From the NCBI GenBank assembly GCA_023264445.1, contig JAHFMN010000001.1, positions 69,928-133,927 on the forward strand: a DNA stretch of 64,000 bases. Direction: 5' to 3'. This document shows, one piece after another, positions 1-10,145 of the stretch. This DNA comes from Candidatus Kaiserbacteria bacterium (GTDB lineage: Bacteria; Patescibacteriota; Minisyncoccia; Phycocordibacterales; Phycocordibacteraceae). A program made the translations under genes and the position numbers. Each line of letters starts with the position of its first letter. Within the stretch, counting starts at the first letter, position 1. A model generated the notes under the pieces. That model made no database searches. It worked only from the letters and a program-made list of their open reading frames with translations, and was not told the DNA's origin.

Positions 1-2
1 AC

Positions 3-827
3 GTTGCCAGCCAGCACGGTCAGCTCGCCGTCATAGACGATGAAGGCGTTTCCTTTACCTCGCACCTCGATGGTTCGCTCCATCGCTTCACCCCCGAGCG
101 CTCGGTTGAGATCCAGCAGACGCTCGGTGCAGATATATTCTTCGCCTTTGATGAATGTACTTCGCCGGCGGCTGAATTCGCATACCAGCGCGAGGCGATG
201 GAGCGCACACATCGCTGGGCCGAGCGTAGTCTCAAAACGCATCGGCAGAATATTGATGCGAATAAGAAGCAGGCGATCTTCGGCATCGTGCAGGGCGGGC
301 GCCACGAGGATTTGCGGCGAGAGTCTGCCCGCGAGATCGCCTCGCTTGGCTTCGACGGTATCGGCATCGGCGGCTCGTTCAGTAAGGAAGATATGCGCGG
401 CGCGCTCCAAGCCGCGGTGAACGAATTGCCAGAAGAACTGCCGAAGCACTTTCTCGGTATCGGTGAGCCGGGCGATATCCTGGAAGGCATCGCAAACGGT
501 ATGGATCTCTTTGATTGCGTCGCCGCGACGCGCATCGGCCGCCATGGCTCTATCTATACGAAGCGCGGCATCATCCACCTCAAGAACGGGTCATATCAAA
601 ATGATTTCAGCCCGCTTGACCCTGAGACGCCCGTCATCGGCGTCGAAGGATTTACGCGCGCCTATGCGTCCCATCTCGTACGATCAGGGGAGATAACGGG
701 TTCAGTCATTTGTTCCATCCATAATATCGGCTTCATCCTGAATCTAGTACAAGAAGCTCGCCAGGCCATTCTCGGTGGACGATTTGATGAGTATCGGCAG
801 GAGTTTCTTCAACGATATAAAAAATGA
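3..827 (+). CDS. tgt: queuine tRNA-ribosyltransferase, 5' truncated by window start
   Basis: The open frame runs from nt 3. Its translation gives the Tgt motifs HLDGS...TPE, DECT, LFGIVQGG and GFDGIGIGG. Confidence 0.85.
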   Translation, partial: VASQHGQLAVIDDEGVSFTSHLDGSLHRFTPERSVEIQQTLGADIFFAFDECTSPAAEFAYQREAMERTHRWAERSLKTHRQNIDANKKQAIFGIVQGGRHEDLRRESAREIASLGFDGIGIGGSFSKEDMRGALQAAVNELPEELPKHFLGIGEPGDILEGIANGMDLFDCVAATRIGRHGSIYTKRGIIHLKNGSYQNDFSPLDPETPVIGVEGFTRAYASHLVRSGEITGSVICSIHNIGFILNLVQEARQAILGGRFDEYRQEFLQRYKK

Positions 828-831
828 AAAC

Positions 832-858
832 GGCCTACGCGAAGTAGGCCGTCTGTTC
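832..858. terminator. bidirectional hairpin terminator
   Basis: ACGGCCTAC-GCGAA-GTAGGCCGT hairpin. An A-run lies upstream and a T-run on the opposite strand (TTTTCATTTTTTAT), so it fits tgt on + and the small gene on -. Confidence 0.5.
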
Positions 859-871
859 GTTCGATCCGCTT

Positions 872-1084
872 TCACTCGGCACCCGCAAGAAGAATTTTCT
901 TTGCTTCTTCCAGCGATATTTTCTGTACGATCGCGATTCCCGCTGCCGCGCATCCAAACAGTTCGTATTCGCGGGATTTACCGAGCGTATCGAACGAAAC
1001 GCCTGAAGTGATCATCCTGAATACTTGTCGGGCAACTTTTTCTTGGCCCGTAATCGCTGCCGTTGTGGGCATACATTTCTCCAT
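872..1084 (-). CDS. small hypothetical protein (65-70 aa)
   Basis: ORF on the opposite strand between tgt and uvrB. GGAG lies 8 nt before the internal ATG at 1069. A hairpin followed by a T-run sits directly downstream of its stop. Confidence 0.35.
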   Translation of the reverse strand: MEKCMPTTAAITGQEKVARQVFRMITSGVSFDTLGKSREYELFGCAAAGIAIVQKISLEEAKKILLAGAE

Positions 1085-1141
1085 CGGTCGTGTGCAATAT
1101 AGCCGGTTGCATAGTATAGTGTAGAGTCCTTATGTCAAGAT

Positions 1142-3226
1142 ATGGCTAATTTTAAATTACATCTCCCATTTCAGCCGGCGGGCGACCAGCCGAAAGCTAT
1201 TGCGGCTCTTGAGCAAGGGCTGAAAAAGGAGATGCGCCATCAGACCTTATTCGGTGTGACGGGGAGCGGGAAGACGTTTACGGTGGCAAATGTCATCGCG
1301 AAAAACGACAAGCCGACCCTCGTCCTTGCCCACAACAAGACGCTTGCGGCCCAGCTCGCGCAAGAATATCGGGAATTCTTCCCCGAGAATGCAGTGCATT
1401 ATTTCGTCTCCTATTATGATTACTACCAGCCGGAGGCGTATATCGCGCACTCGGACACCTATATAGAGAAGGAGGCGATGATAAACGCCGAGATAGACCG
1501 GCTTCGCCACGCGGCAACGCAGGCGCTCCTCACGCGCAAGGACGTCATTATCGTCGCATCAGTCTCGGCTATCTACGGTCTCGGCTCGCCAGAGGAATAT
1601 GAGAAGGTGCACGTGAAGATTGAGAAGGGTACCGCGGAGAATCGTGCCGCACTCATCCGGAAGCTCGTCGGCATCTACTTTGAGCGCACGACCGCCGACC
1701 TCAATCCCGGGCAGGTACGCGCGATTGGGAACTCGCTTGAATTCATGCCGGTGAATGAGCGCGTGATGTATAGAATCTCATTTGAGGGTGACGTCATCGC
1801 ACAGATTGATCAGCTCGATCCAGTCTCTCGCGCGAAGATTGCGGAGCCGAAGTCAGTCTTCGTCTTTCCGGCGAAGCACTTCATCACGAGCGAGGAGGAG
1901 CGCAATCGTGCGATAGAGGACATTAAGCTTGAGCTTGAGGAGCAGCTTGCGAAGTTTAAGAGGGAAGAGAAGCCGCTTGAGCACGAGCGCTTGAAGCGCC
2001 GTACTCTACACGACATTGCGCTTATTCGCGAGCTCGGCTACACAAGCGGGATTGAGAATTATTCACGGCATTTTGATGGCAGGAAGCCCGGAGAACCGCC
2101 CTTTACATTATTGAGTTATTTAAAACGCTGTGGAGAACTGGCAGACCCCGATGGAAAGCAGACTTCCAACGGGGCAGGTTTCCTCACCGTCATCGATGAG
2201 TCGCACGTCACCGTCCCGCAGATAGGCGGTATGTATGCGGGCGATAAGTCGCGCAAGGATGTGCTCGTGGAGTACGGCTTCCGCCTCCCATCGGCGCGCG
2301 ACAATCGCCCACTCCGCTTCGAGGAGTTTGAGGAGCGTATTGGCCAAGTCTTGTATACGAGCGCGACGCCGGGACCATATGAAAAAACACATTCCGAGCA
2401 GATAGTGGAACAGGTCATCCGCCCAACTGGGCTTATTGACCCGGAGCTCACGGTGCGCGGCGTAAGCGATACGGGAGATTACAAAGGCCAGATAGCGGAT
2501 TTTATCTCTGAAGCAGAAATAGTTATCAAGCGCGGCGGCCGCGCGCTTGCGACGACGCTCACCAAGCAGATGGCCGAAGATCTCGCATCATTTCTGCGCG
2601 AGAAGGGAATGAAGGCCGAGTACCTCCACTCTGACGTGAAGACGATTGACCGTATAGATATTCTCACCAAGTTTCGCCAAGGCGGCTTCGATATCCTCGT
2701 CGGCGTGAACCTACTCCGCGAAGGGCTTGATCTGCCCGAGGTAGAGCTCGTGGGAATCCTCGATGCTGATAAGGAAGGATTTCTGCGGAGCGAGACATCG
2801 CTTATCCAGACTATTGGGCGCGCGGCACGAAATGTCCTCGGCCGCGTCATCCTCTACGCCGACAACATGACGGGCTCGCTAGACAAAGCCATTAGTGAGA
2901 CGAATCGCCGCCGCGCGCTCCAGATGGCCTACAACAAGGAGCATGGCATTACGCCACTCACGATTAAAAAAGAAATTCACGACATCGCGGCGTCTATGCG
3001 TACCGAGCACCAGCGCACCATCGACGAGCTTCTCGTGTTGGACACGCTCGCTTACAAAGACGACCCTACCGCATTTATAAAGCGCAAGAGAGAAGAGATG
3101 GCCGAAGCCGTGGAGCAATTAGACTTTGAAACCGCCGCGCTCATCCGCGATGAGATTTATAAACTAGAAGGCACAGGCCCCAAGGCCCGCAAACCCCGCA
3201 CCCGCAAACCCCTTTCAGGGGGTTAA
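1142..3226 (+). CDS. uvrB: excinuclease ABC subunit B
   Basis: Walker A GVTGSGKT, the helicase motifs, and the C-terminal UVR motif FETAALIRDEIYKLEG. Confidence 0.95.
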   Translation: MANFKLHLPFQPAGDQPKAIAALEQGLKKEMRHQTLFGVTGSGKTFTVANVIAKNDKPTLVLAHNKTLAAQLAQEYREFFPENAVHYFVSYYDYYQPEAYIAHSDTYIEKEAMINAEIDRLRHAATQALLTRKDVIIVASVSAIYGLGSPEEYEKVHVKIEKGTAENRAALIRKLVGIYFERTTADLNPGQVRAIGNSLEFMPVNERVMYRISFEGDVIAQIDQLDPVSRAKIAEPKSVFVFPAKHFITSEEERNRAIEDIKLELEEQLAKFKREEKPLEHERLKRRTLHDIALIRELGYTSGIENYSRHFDGRKPGEPPFTLLSYLKRCGELADPDGKQTSNGAGFLTVIDESHVTVPQIGGMYAGDKSRKDVLVEYGFRLPSARDNRPLRFEEFEERIGQVLYTSATPGPYEKTHSEQIVEQVIRPTGLIDPELTVRGVSDTGDYKGQIADFISEAEIVIKRGGRALATTLTKQMAEDLASFLREKGMKAEYLHSDVKTIDRIDILTKFRQGGFDILVGVNLLREGLDLPEVELVGILDADKEGFLRSETSLIQTIGRAARNVLGRVILYADNMTGSLDKAISETNRRRALQMAYNKEHGITPLTIKKEIHDIAASMRTEHQRTIDELLVLDTLAYKDDPTAFIKRKREEMAEAVEQLDFETAALIRDEIYKLEGTGPKARKPRTRKPLSGG

Positions 3227-3292
3227 TCGGTAGCGTATTTTGCCCAAGGTGATAGAGTGCTTGCCAGACCAATAACCGCACAGGAGATGTGT

Positions 3293-3676
3293 ATGCCACG
3301 CAATAAACTTACGATCACCCCGCAGCAGCTCGAAGGAGTGCTGGCAATACTCGGGGTAAAGTTCGTTCCGGTAGAGGGCGAGCCGCTCAAGCCGGACTGC
3401 TATAACGATCATCTGGATTACCACTGTAAGAACAAGGTGACCCAGCATGCGGTCTGCGGCAACGTATCAATCAGGACGTGTTCGGACTCCTATTGCAGGT
3501 TGTTTGCTGCAATTGCCGCCCACTACATGACTCTCCCTATTAGTGCGCAACCACGGTTGCGCCAGGCGCTCGGGAGTATGCGTAAAAGGTCCATCGTGCG
3601 GATACGGGAACCGTACGTTCCAATGGGGCTCGGGAGCCTGCCGAGAAAGTCGGCAGCACGGTCGCGTGTGCGCTGA
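3293..3676 (+). CDS. hypothetical Cys/His-rich protein
   Basis: ORF 3257..3676. AGGAG lies 7 nt before the ATG at 3293. The protein has multiple C/H residues and no recognisable domain. Confidence 0.45.
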   Translation: MPRNKLTITPQQLEGVLAILGVKFVPVEGEPLKPDCYNDHLDYHCKNKVTQHAVCGNVSIRTCSDSYCRLFAAIAAHYMTLPISAQPRLRQALGSMRKRSIVRIREPYVPMGLGSLPRKSAARSRVR

Positions 3677-3696
3677 TTCCTGAAGGCCGGCGTTCC

Positions 3697-3735
3697 TTGA
3701 AAGCCCAGAGCGATCTGGGCTTTCTCTTTTCTTAT
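3697..3735 (+). terminator. rho-independent terminator
   Basis: GAAAGCCCAG-AGCGATC-CTGGGCTTTC hairpin followed by TCTTTTCTT. Confidence 0.6.
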
Positions 3736-3766
3736 AAACTCATGCCCATGAACTTCTTTCAGGATA

Positions 3767-3795
3767 TTGACAAATGTAATTAAGAATGCTATAAA
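3767..3795 (+). promoter_or_regulatory. sigma70-like promoter TTGACA-N17-TATAAA
   Basis: Consensus -35 box, 17-nt spacer and a near-consensus -10 box, followed by the RBS AAAAGGAGG and the TTG start at 3835. Confidence 0.45.
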
Positions 3796-3834
3796 GGAAA
3801 TGGAACACATTTCAAACGAAAAAAGGAGGTTGTC

Positions 3835-4122
3835 TTGTCCACCTACAGTATATCGAAATGGTTTGCCGTCGCTGTTGCAGTCATCGTAGTAATATTGTTG
3901 ATACTGTGCCTGACCGCAATTATGCAGCGCGACGCCTTCAAGAAACAACGGGAAAATCTCTCGACAGCGTATAAATCGCATCTTGCGAACGAATACATCC
4001 ACAACATCTGCAAGATCGAATTCATCGGAGACAGTCCTCGAGTCATCAGCCCTCAGGATGCAGCCTGTGTCGACGGTGTACGGATGCGAGTCGGGAATGA
4101 GGTCGATGCGATAGCAAAATAG
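3835..4122 (+). CDS. small membrane protein (TTG start)
   Basis: Strong RBS AAAAGGAGG 5 nt upstream. One N-terminal TM helix ([22 protein letters not shown]). Terminator downstream. Confidence 0.55.
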   Translation: MSTYSISKWFAVAVAVIVVILLILCLTAIMQRDAFKKQRENLSTAYKSHLANEYIHNICKIEFIGDSPRVISPQDAACVDGVRMRVGNEVDAIAK

Positions 4123-4153
4123 CAAATAAGTAATGTCGTTCGACCTGCGAATC

Positions 4154-4194
4154 GCGACCGTCTGGAGAAAACCCGGACGGTCGCTTTGTTTTAT
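4154..4194 (+). terminator. rho-independent terminator
   Basis: 9-bp stem GCGACCGTC/GACGGTCGC followed by TTTGTTTTAT. Confidence 0.55.
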
Positions 4195-4255
4195 ATGCGA
4201 ATGAGCCCGTGCTATACTCATACCGTACCTGCCCCGCCATGGGCAGGATTTGGGT

Positions 4256-6910
4256 ATGAAGAAGATACAAACCACCAAAGAAACCTCCAAAGAGCACCAC
4301 CATAAGCACGGGAGCGACTGGCTCCGTGTGAAGGGCGCACGCACCCATAATTTGAAAAATATTACGGTGGAGATGCCGCGTGGGGCGATGACGGTCATCA
4401 CCGGCCTCTCGGGAAGCGGGAAGTCCTCGCTCGCCTTTGACACCATCTTTGCCGAGGGTCAGCGGCGCTATGTGGAATCACTCTCCGCCTATGCGCGGCA
4501 ATTCTTGAATCAGATGGCGAAGCCGGACGTGGACGAGATTTCAGGCCTCTCCCCAGCCATTTCGATAGATCAGAAGAGTCGTTCTAATAACCCGCGCTCA
4601 ACGGTCGCGACCGTGACCGAGATTTATGACTATCTGCGCGTGCTCTACGCGCGCGCGGGCCAGCCATACTGCATCCACCACGACGTACCTATCGTGCGAC
4701 TCTCCAAAGAAGAGATGATTAAAATGGTCTTCGCGCGCGTAGAAGCGAAGCGGAAGGGCACGAGTCAGAGTGTGATGGGTGTCGCGGTGGATAAAACCGC
4801 CGTCACTATTTACGCGCCGGTCGTCGTCGGGAGAAAAGGCGAATACTATCAACTCCTCTATGATCTCCTCGGAAAGGGGTATGAACGAGTGGTGGTGGAT
4901 GGAAAGCTCCACTCGCTCCGCGAGAAGATAACGCTGGAGAGGAATAAGGTGCACAGTATCGACGCCGTCGTAGACTCTATTTACGTTTCTGAATTTGCGC
5001 GGTCCACTGCGGCCGCGCGCGAGCGCCTCTCCGAGGCGCTTGAGCTCGCGCTCAAGCAGGCCGACGGCCTAGTGAAGATTCAGCATGCCGATGGTACGAC
5101 CGAGACGCTTTCGTCAAAGTTTATCTGCCCTGAAGACGGCGCATCATTTCCAGAAGTAGAACCACGACTCTTCTCCTTCAATTCACCATACGGTGCATGC
5201 CCGGCCTGCCACGGCCTCGGCACCGAATCGCTCTTCTCTGAAGAAGTCTGTCCGGTCTGCGAGGGGAAGCGCCTGCGCCCCGAAGCACTGCGCGTCTACC
5301 TGAAGGGTAAAAAAGATAAGACGCTTGGGATAAATGTCGTGGACTTCACGAATATGTCGATTCGCGAAGCGAAGGAGTTCGTTGACTCTATCGAATTATC
5401 AGAGATGAAGTTCGATATTGCCGCGCCAATTCTAAAAGAAATAGACAGCCGCCTGACCTTCATGCTCAACGTCGGGCTGGATTATCTCACGCTGAACCGC
5501 TCGGCCGCGACACTCTCCGGCGGTGAGGCCCAGCGCATCCGCCTCGCCTCCCAGCTCGGGAGCGGGCTCACGGGCGCTCTCTACGTGCTAGACGAGCCGA
5601 CTATCGGGCTCCATCAGCGCGATAATGACCGTCTGATACAGACGCTCCTTGTACTCAAAGAGCTCGGGAACACCATCGTCGTCGTGGAACACGATGAGGA
5701 TACTATCTATTCTTCAGACTATATCGTCGACATCGGACCGGGCGCGGGTATTCACGGCGGCACGGTCGTTGCTTCTGGCTGGCTCGATGACCTGCTCACT
5801 GCAAAAGAGAACGAGAGCGGCTCGACGACACTTGGCTACCTGCGCGGCGAAAAAGAAATTGAGATACCCGAGGAGCGCCGCACAAGCGAGAAAGGGTGGA
5901 TCAAGATACGCGGCGCCACGCTCCACAATCTGGTAAATCAGAATATCGATGTGCCGCTCGGGAAGCTTACCTGCATCACGGGCGTCTCGGGGAGCGGGAA
6001 GTCCACTTTCCTCTACGATATCCTGCACCGCAATATTGAAAAGCGATTTACCCGCCGCGAGTCGAAGCTGGAGCATATAGCCTCACTCACGGGCACTGAA
6101 TACGTCGGCCGCGCCGTACTCATCGACCAGTCGCCCATTGGCCGCACACCGCGCTCCAACCCGGCGACGTACACAGGCGCCTTCACCCATATCCGCGACC
6201 TCTTCGCTGCCACTCCTGAAGCACGTGCGCGAGGATGGAAGCCCGGGCGCTTCTCCTTCAACGTTCCGGGTGGCCGTTGCGAAGCGTGTCAGGGCAATGG
6301 CTCGATCGCAGTCGAGATGCACTTCCTGCCGACCGTCTACGTCACCTGCGATATATGCATGGGCAAGCGGTTCATGAAGGAGACGCTCGAGATCACCTAT
6401 CGCGGGAAAAATATCTACGAAGTGCTCCAGATGACGATTGAAGAAGCCGAGAAATTCTTCGGTGATATTCCCGCCATCAACGACCGCTTGATGAGCTTGA
6501 ACTCAACCGGGCTCCAGTACCTCACTCTTGGTCAGAGTGCGACGACGCTCTCGGGCGGCGAGGCCCAGCGCGTGAAGATAGCGAGCGAGCTCTACCGCTC
6601 CATGACGATGAAGACCATCTACCTCCTCGATGAGCCGACGGTCGGCCTCCACTACGACGACGTGAAGAAGCTTATTGAAATCTTGCAGGAGCTCGTGCGT
6701 CGCGGCAATTCCGTCGTGGTCATCGAGCATAATCTTGATGTCATCAAGAGCTCCGATTACGTCATCGACTTCGGTCCTGAAGGCGGTGTGGGCGGAGGGA
6801 AGGTGATAGCGAAGGGCACGCCCGAAGAAGTCGCCGACACCAAGGACTCCTACACCGGCGAATACCTTGCGAAGGCATTACATCGTCATGCAAAGAAGCG
6901 AACTAAATAA
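4256..6910 (+). CDS. uvrA: excinuclease ABC subunit A
   Basis: Two ABC ATPase modules (GLSGSGKSS and GVSGSGKST) with LSGGE signatures. AGGA lies 8 nt before the ATG at 4256. The ORF-track start at 4250 is a TTG. Confidence 0.93.
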   Translation: MKKIQTTKETSKEHHHKHGSDWLRVKGARTHNLKNITVEMPRGAMTVITGLSGSGKSSLAFDTIFAEGQRRYVESLSAYARQFLNQMAKPDVDEISGLSPAISIDQKSRSNNPRSTVATVTEIYDYLRVLYARAGQPYCIHHDVPIVRLSKEEMIKMVFARVEAKRKGTSQSVMGVAVDKTAVTIYAPVVVGRKGEYYQLLYDLLGKGYERVVVDGKLHSLREKITLERNKVHSIDAVVDSIYVSEFARSTAAARERLSEALELALKQADGLVKIQHADGTTETLSSKFICPEDGASFPEVEPRLFSFNSPYGACPACHGLGTESLFSEEVCPVCEGKRLRPEALRVYLKGKKDKTLGINVVDFTNMSIREAKEFVDSIELSEMKFDIAAPILKEIDSRLTFMLNVGLDYLTLNRSAATLSGGEAQRIRLASQLGSGLTGALYVLDEPTIGLHQRDNDRLIQTLLVLKELGNTIVVVEHDEDTIYSSDYIVDIGPGAGIHGGTVVASGWLDDLLTAKENESGSTTLGYLRGEKEIEIPEERRTSEKGWIKIRGATLHNLVNQNIDVPLGKLTCITGVSGSGKSTFLYDILHRNIEKRFTRRESKLEHIASLTGTEYVGRAVLIDQSPIGRTPRSNPATYTGAFTHIRDLFAATPEARARGWKPGRFSFNVPGGRCEACQGNGSIAVEMHFLPTVYVTCDICMGKRFMKETLEITYRGKNIYEVLQMTIEEAEKFFGDIPAINDRLMSLNSTGLQYLTLGQSATTLSGGEAQRVKIASELYRSMTMKTIYLLDEPTVGLHYDDVKKLIEILQELVRRGNSVVVIEHNLDVIKSSDYVIDFGPEGGVGGGKVIAKGTPEEVADTKDSYTGEYLAKALHRHAKKRTK

Positions 6911-8135
6911 ATTAAATCTGCCGGACGTGCCGGGCGTGTACCTGTTTAAGCAGGGGAGAAATGTGCTGTACGTCGGCAAGGCAACGTCGCTCCGCGACCG
7001 TGTGCGCTCGTATTTCGACGATGACCTTATCGCGACGCGCGGCCCGCGCATCGTAGACATGGTGACGAAGGCCGACCGTATCGCGCACGAAGCGACGCCA
7101 ACTGTCCTTGAGGCGCTCGTGCGCGAGGCGGCGCTCATCAAGCAGTACCTGCCGAAGGCGAATGTGGACGGAAAGGATGATAAGACGTTCCTTTATGCAT
7201 GCATCACCGACGAAGATATTCCGCGCGTGTTGATTATTCGCGGGAAAGACCTGGATTTTAAAACAAAACGCACTAGCGATGGGGAGAAATTAAAAGCGCT
7301 GTATGGTCCTTTTCCATCTGGTACCCAGCTGCGCGAGGGCCTGCGGCTCATACGGCGCATCTTTCCATTTTTTGATACGCCGAAGCCGGTCGGGACGAAG
7401 AGTAAGCACCAAGCGGCAAAGATAGAATTCAATACGCAAATTAAGCAGTATCCGCGCGCGTATGATGCGGCAGAGTATCGCCGTACCATACGCCGCATCA
7501 TGCTTTTCTTGAGCGGCCGCGGGAAAGAGCTACGCGCAACACTTGAGAGGGAAATGAAAACCGCGGCAAAGGAGGAGCGATTTGAAGATGCCGCAGAGGC
7601 GAGGCGCGCACTGTTTGCACTCGACCACATTCAGGACGTCTCACTCATCAAGGATGAGCATTTTGATGAATCGCGCGACAAGCTCACGGGCATGCGCATT
7701 GAGGCGTACGATACCGCTCATCTCTCGGGAACGAACGCTATCGGAGTCATGACGGTTGTAATTGATGGTGCGCCGGTAAAGAGCGAGTATCGCACTTTCC
7801 GCATTCGCGGGATAAAAAAGAATGATGATGTCGCGTCCCTGAAGGAAATTCTCTCGCGCCGCCTGAATCATCCGGAGTGGCCATTGCCGAAGGCAATCGT
7901 CGTAGATGGCGGGAAGACGCAGAAAAAAGCGGCCGAATCGGTATTGAAAGAAGCGGGAGTTGAGATAGTGGTTGCCGCGATAGTGAAGGACGAACGGCAT
8001 CGCCCGCGTGAGGTCATTGGTGCACGGCACGCAGGCATCTCCGAATCAGACGCCGTCCTCGCAAATGCCGAGGCGCATCGCTTCTCGCTTTCTCGACACC
8101 GGAGGGCTCGCTCTCACAGCTTACGCTCAAAATAG
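6888..8135 (+). CDS. uvrC: excinuclease ABC subunit C, short form lacking the C-terminal (HhH)2
   Basis: GIY-YIG N-terminus (GVYLFK...LYVGKA), a UVR motif, and the RNaseH-like endonuclease region. It ends about 415 aa, with no HhH tail. It overlaps the uvrA 3' end. Confidence 0.85.
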   Translation: MQRSELNKLNLPDVPGVYLFKQGRNVLYVGKATSLRDRVRSYFDDDLIATRGPRIVDMVTKADRIAHEATPTVLEALVREAALIKQYLPKANVDGKDDKTFLYACITDEDIPRVLIIRGKDLDFKTKRTSDGEKLKALYGPFPSGTQLREGLRLIRRIFPFFDTPKPVGTKSKHQAAKIEFNTQIKQYPRAYDAAEYRRTIRRIMLFLSGRGKELRATLEREMKTAAKEERFEDAAEARRALFALDHIQDVSLIKDEHFDESRDKLTGMRIEAYDTAHLSGTNAIGVMTVVIDGAPVKSEYRTFRIRGIKKNDDVASLKEILSRRLNHPEWPLPKAIVVDGGKTQKKAAESVLKEAGVEIVVAAIVKDERHRPREVIGARHAGISESDAVLANAEAHRFSLSRHRRARSHSLRSK

Positions 8136-8151
8136 TTGGTATAATCCCTGC

Positions 8152-9117
8152 ATGCACACCGTCGTCGGAGTATTGCGGGGAGGTCCAAGCCGTGAGCATG
8201 AAGTATCGCTCAAGACTGGTGCCGCGATGCTCGCGAACCTTCCGGAGGAACGATACTCGCCACGAGATATCTACATCGATCGTCAGGGCGTGTGGCACGA
8301 TCGCGGCCGTCCGACACCGCCCGAGCGCATATTGCGGCAGATAGACGTCGCGCTCATAGGCCTTCATGGCGAATACGGAGAGGATGGGGGGGTGCAAAAA
8401 CTCCTCGAACGTTTCGGCGTCCCATACACGGGCGCGGATTCCTTCGGCTCGTATCTTGCGATGCATAAGCTCATGGCGAAACAGCGTGCGGAGGAAGCAG
8501 GATTACTTACTCCAGAGTTCCGCTATATCGAAGACGTAAAGGATATTGAGGCGGGAGCGCAAGACATCATCCGCTCGCTCCATCAGCCGGTTGTTGTGAA
8601 GCCCGCTATGTGGGGCTCTTCGGTCGGCGTTTCTATCGTGGGCGGCTATGCTCCAGTGCTTGCCGCCATTAAAAAACTCTTTGCAGATGGTGCGCAGAGC
8701 GTAGTCATCGAGGAGCTCATCCGTGGGAAGGAAGCGACTGCCGGCGTGGTCGAGGGCCTGCGGGGCGAAGCACTCTACGCGCTCCCGCCGATAGAGATTC
8801 TTCCTCCCGAAGATGACTTTTTCTCATACGATGCGAAATATTCGGGAGTAACTCGCGAAATCTGCCCAGGGAATTTCTCTCGTGTCGTCACGGAAGAGCT
8901 CCAGAGGGCGGCGAAGATAATGCATCGCACGCTCGGCCTGCGCCACTACTCCCGAAGCGATTTCATCGTTGCCCCGAAGGGCGTCTACTATCTGGAAACC
9001 AATACGCTCCCCGGACTCACGACTGAATCGCTCATGCCCAAGTCGCTCGCCGCGGTCGGCGTCAAGTTCTCTGACTTCCTGTCGCATCTGGTCAATCTCG
9101 CGCTTGGTAGAAACTGA
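8152..9117 (+). CDS. ddl: D-alanine--D-alanine ligase
   Basis: MHTVVGVLRGGPSREHEVSLKTG N-terminus and an ATP-grasp body. The ATG at 8152 follows the uvrC stop. Confidence 0.88.
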   Translation: MHTVVGVLRGGPSREHEVSLKTGAAMLANLPEERYSPRDIYIDRQGVWHDRGRPTPPERILRQIDVALIGLHGEYGEDGGVQKLLERFGVPYTGADSFGSYLAMHKLMAKQRAEEAGLLTPEFRYIEDVKDIEAGAQDIIRSLHQPVVVKPAMWGSSVGVSIVGGYAPVLAAIKKLFADGAQSVVIEELIRGKEATAGVVEGLRGEALYALPPIEILPPEDDFFSYDAKYSGVTREICPGNFSRVVTEELQRAAKIMHRTLGLRHYSRSDFIVAPKGVYYLETNTLPGLTTESLMPKSLAAVGVKFSDFLSHLVNLALGRN

Positions 9118-9187
9118 TTTTTACAGTGCGAGAGACGCCCTCCCCGCAGTTTTTTATTTAAAGATACCGTGCTACTCTATCGCAGTT

Positions 9188-9260
9188 GGGCCCGTAGCTC
9201 ACTTGGTAGAGCGCCTCATTTGCAATGAGGAGGTAACCGGTTCGATCCCGGTCGGGTCCA
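9188..9260 (+). tRNA. tRNA-Ala (anticodon UGC)
   Basis: Cloverleaf GGGCCCG acceptor, D arm GCTC/GAGC, anticodon stem CCTCA/TGAGG with loop TTTGCAA, and T arm ACCGG-TTCGATC-CCGGT. It has G3:U70 and A73. CCA is not encoded. Confidence 0.85.
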
Positions 9261-9312
9261 CATACATCTCAGTTAAGTGCGATGCTCCACAGCGGGCTGA
9301 TATACTGCACGC

Positions 9313-10086
9313 ATGGAACTCATCGCAGGAGATAAGGAGCTCGAGGCGCTCAATGCACAATTAGATGACCCGAATCAGTTGCAGGCGTACAAGACTCCGC
9401 ACGACAACTATCATCCGCTCTTCCTTCCGCGTCTTCTCGGCCGCGTCTTGGTCGGCTGCGGGAACCTGGTGTATGGGCATGAGCCGTCGTATCTGAAATT
9501 CCGGTCGATAGAAATCGTCGCGCGCGTGCCATACCAATCATGGTCTTCTGCGGTCTATACGCTCCTCACCATGTTCTATGCCGATGAGCACAAGGCCATA
9601 CGATTCTCAAACGTTTCCCGCTATGCGCGCATCGCGCAAGATAACGAGACGATGCACGTCGTAGTCATCTCCCAGCTTGCGCGCACAGAGGGGAGAGCAG
9701 GGCTCATACGGCATACGCTTCTGCCGATGTTCTTTGCGTTCTTTTATTTCTGGGCATCCTACATCCTCTATCTGATGCGGCCTCGCTGGTCTTTCGAACT
9801 CAATTATCTCTTTGAACAGCACGCATTTGACCAATATAATCGCTTTCTTGAACAGTACCGCGAAGAACTGAAAAAGAAGCCGGCTGAAAGCGAATTCCTC
9901 ACCTGGTACGGGCGCAATCCGCGCTCTCAATTTGAGTTTTTCCAATCCGTCCGCAATGACGAACTGATCCACCGCAATCAGTCCGTCCGTGCGGTGAATA
10001 CAGAAGCGGATGCTTACCGTGTACATTCTTTGAAATTTGTTGCGATTGGCGCTGTTATCGTTCTGCTTGTTCTTATTCTGATATAA
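9313..10086 (+). CDS. alternative oxidase (AOX/PTOX)-like di-iron carboxylate protein with a C-terminal TM helix
   Basis: Segments NETMHV (like NERMHL), RNDELIHRN (like RADEAHHR), FEQHA (like LEEEA) and IEIVARVP match the four AOX iron-ligand helices. A C-terminal hydrophobic helix is present. Confidence 0.6.
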   Translation: MELIAGDKELEALNAQLDDPNQLQAYKTPHDNYHPLFLPRLLGRVLVGCGNLVYGHEPSYLKFRSIEIVARVPYQSWSSAVYTLLTMFYADEHKAIRFSNVSRYARIAQDNETMHVVVISQLARTEGRAGLIRHTLLPMFFAFFYFWASYILYLMRPRWSFELNYLFEQHAFDQYNRFLEQYREELKKKPAESEFLTWYGRNPRSQFEFFQSVRNDELIHRNQSVRAVNTEADAYRVHSLKFVAIGAVIVLLVLILI

Positions 10087-10145
10087 GAAGAAAGTCTCCG
10101 CACGTCTGGGAATCCGGTCCCGCATCTGGTATGGTACGAGCGTGC

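Noticed and set aside
4120-4250. LexA/SOS box upstream of uvrA
   Set aside because: GTTCG half-sites are present but there is no palindromic CGAACnnnnGTTCG-type operator. Only a TATACT -10 and a small hairpin are seen.
3523-4446. 307-aa minus-strand ORF spanning the small-gene region and the uvrA start
   Set aside because: It runs antisense to well-supported plus-strand genes and signals (promoter, RBS, terminator). Its sequence is low-complexity and it has no RBS. It is a typical spurious antisense ORF in GC-rich coding DNA.
9188-9260. Initial reading of this tRNA as tRNA-Cys (GCA)
   Set aside because: Re-registering the 7-nt anticodon loop TTTGCAA puts UGC at positions 34-36. The G3:U70 pair plus A73 also mark it as tRNA-Ala.
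8969-9364. Plus-strand ORFs running across tRNA genes (8969-9364, 10131-10349, 10638-10898, 49179-49439)
   Set aside because: They read through clear tRNA cloverleaves and terminator hairpins, so they are not protein-coding.
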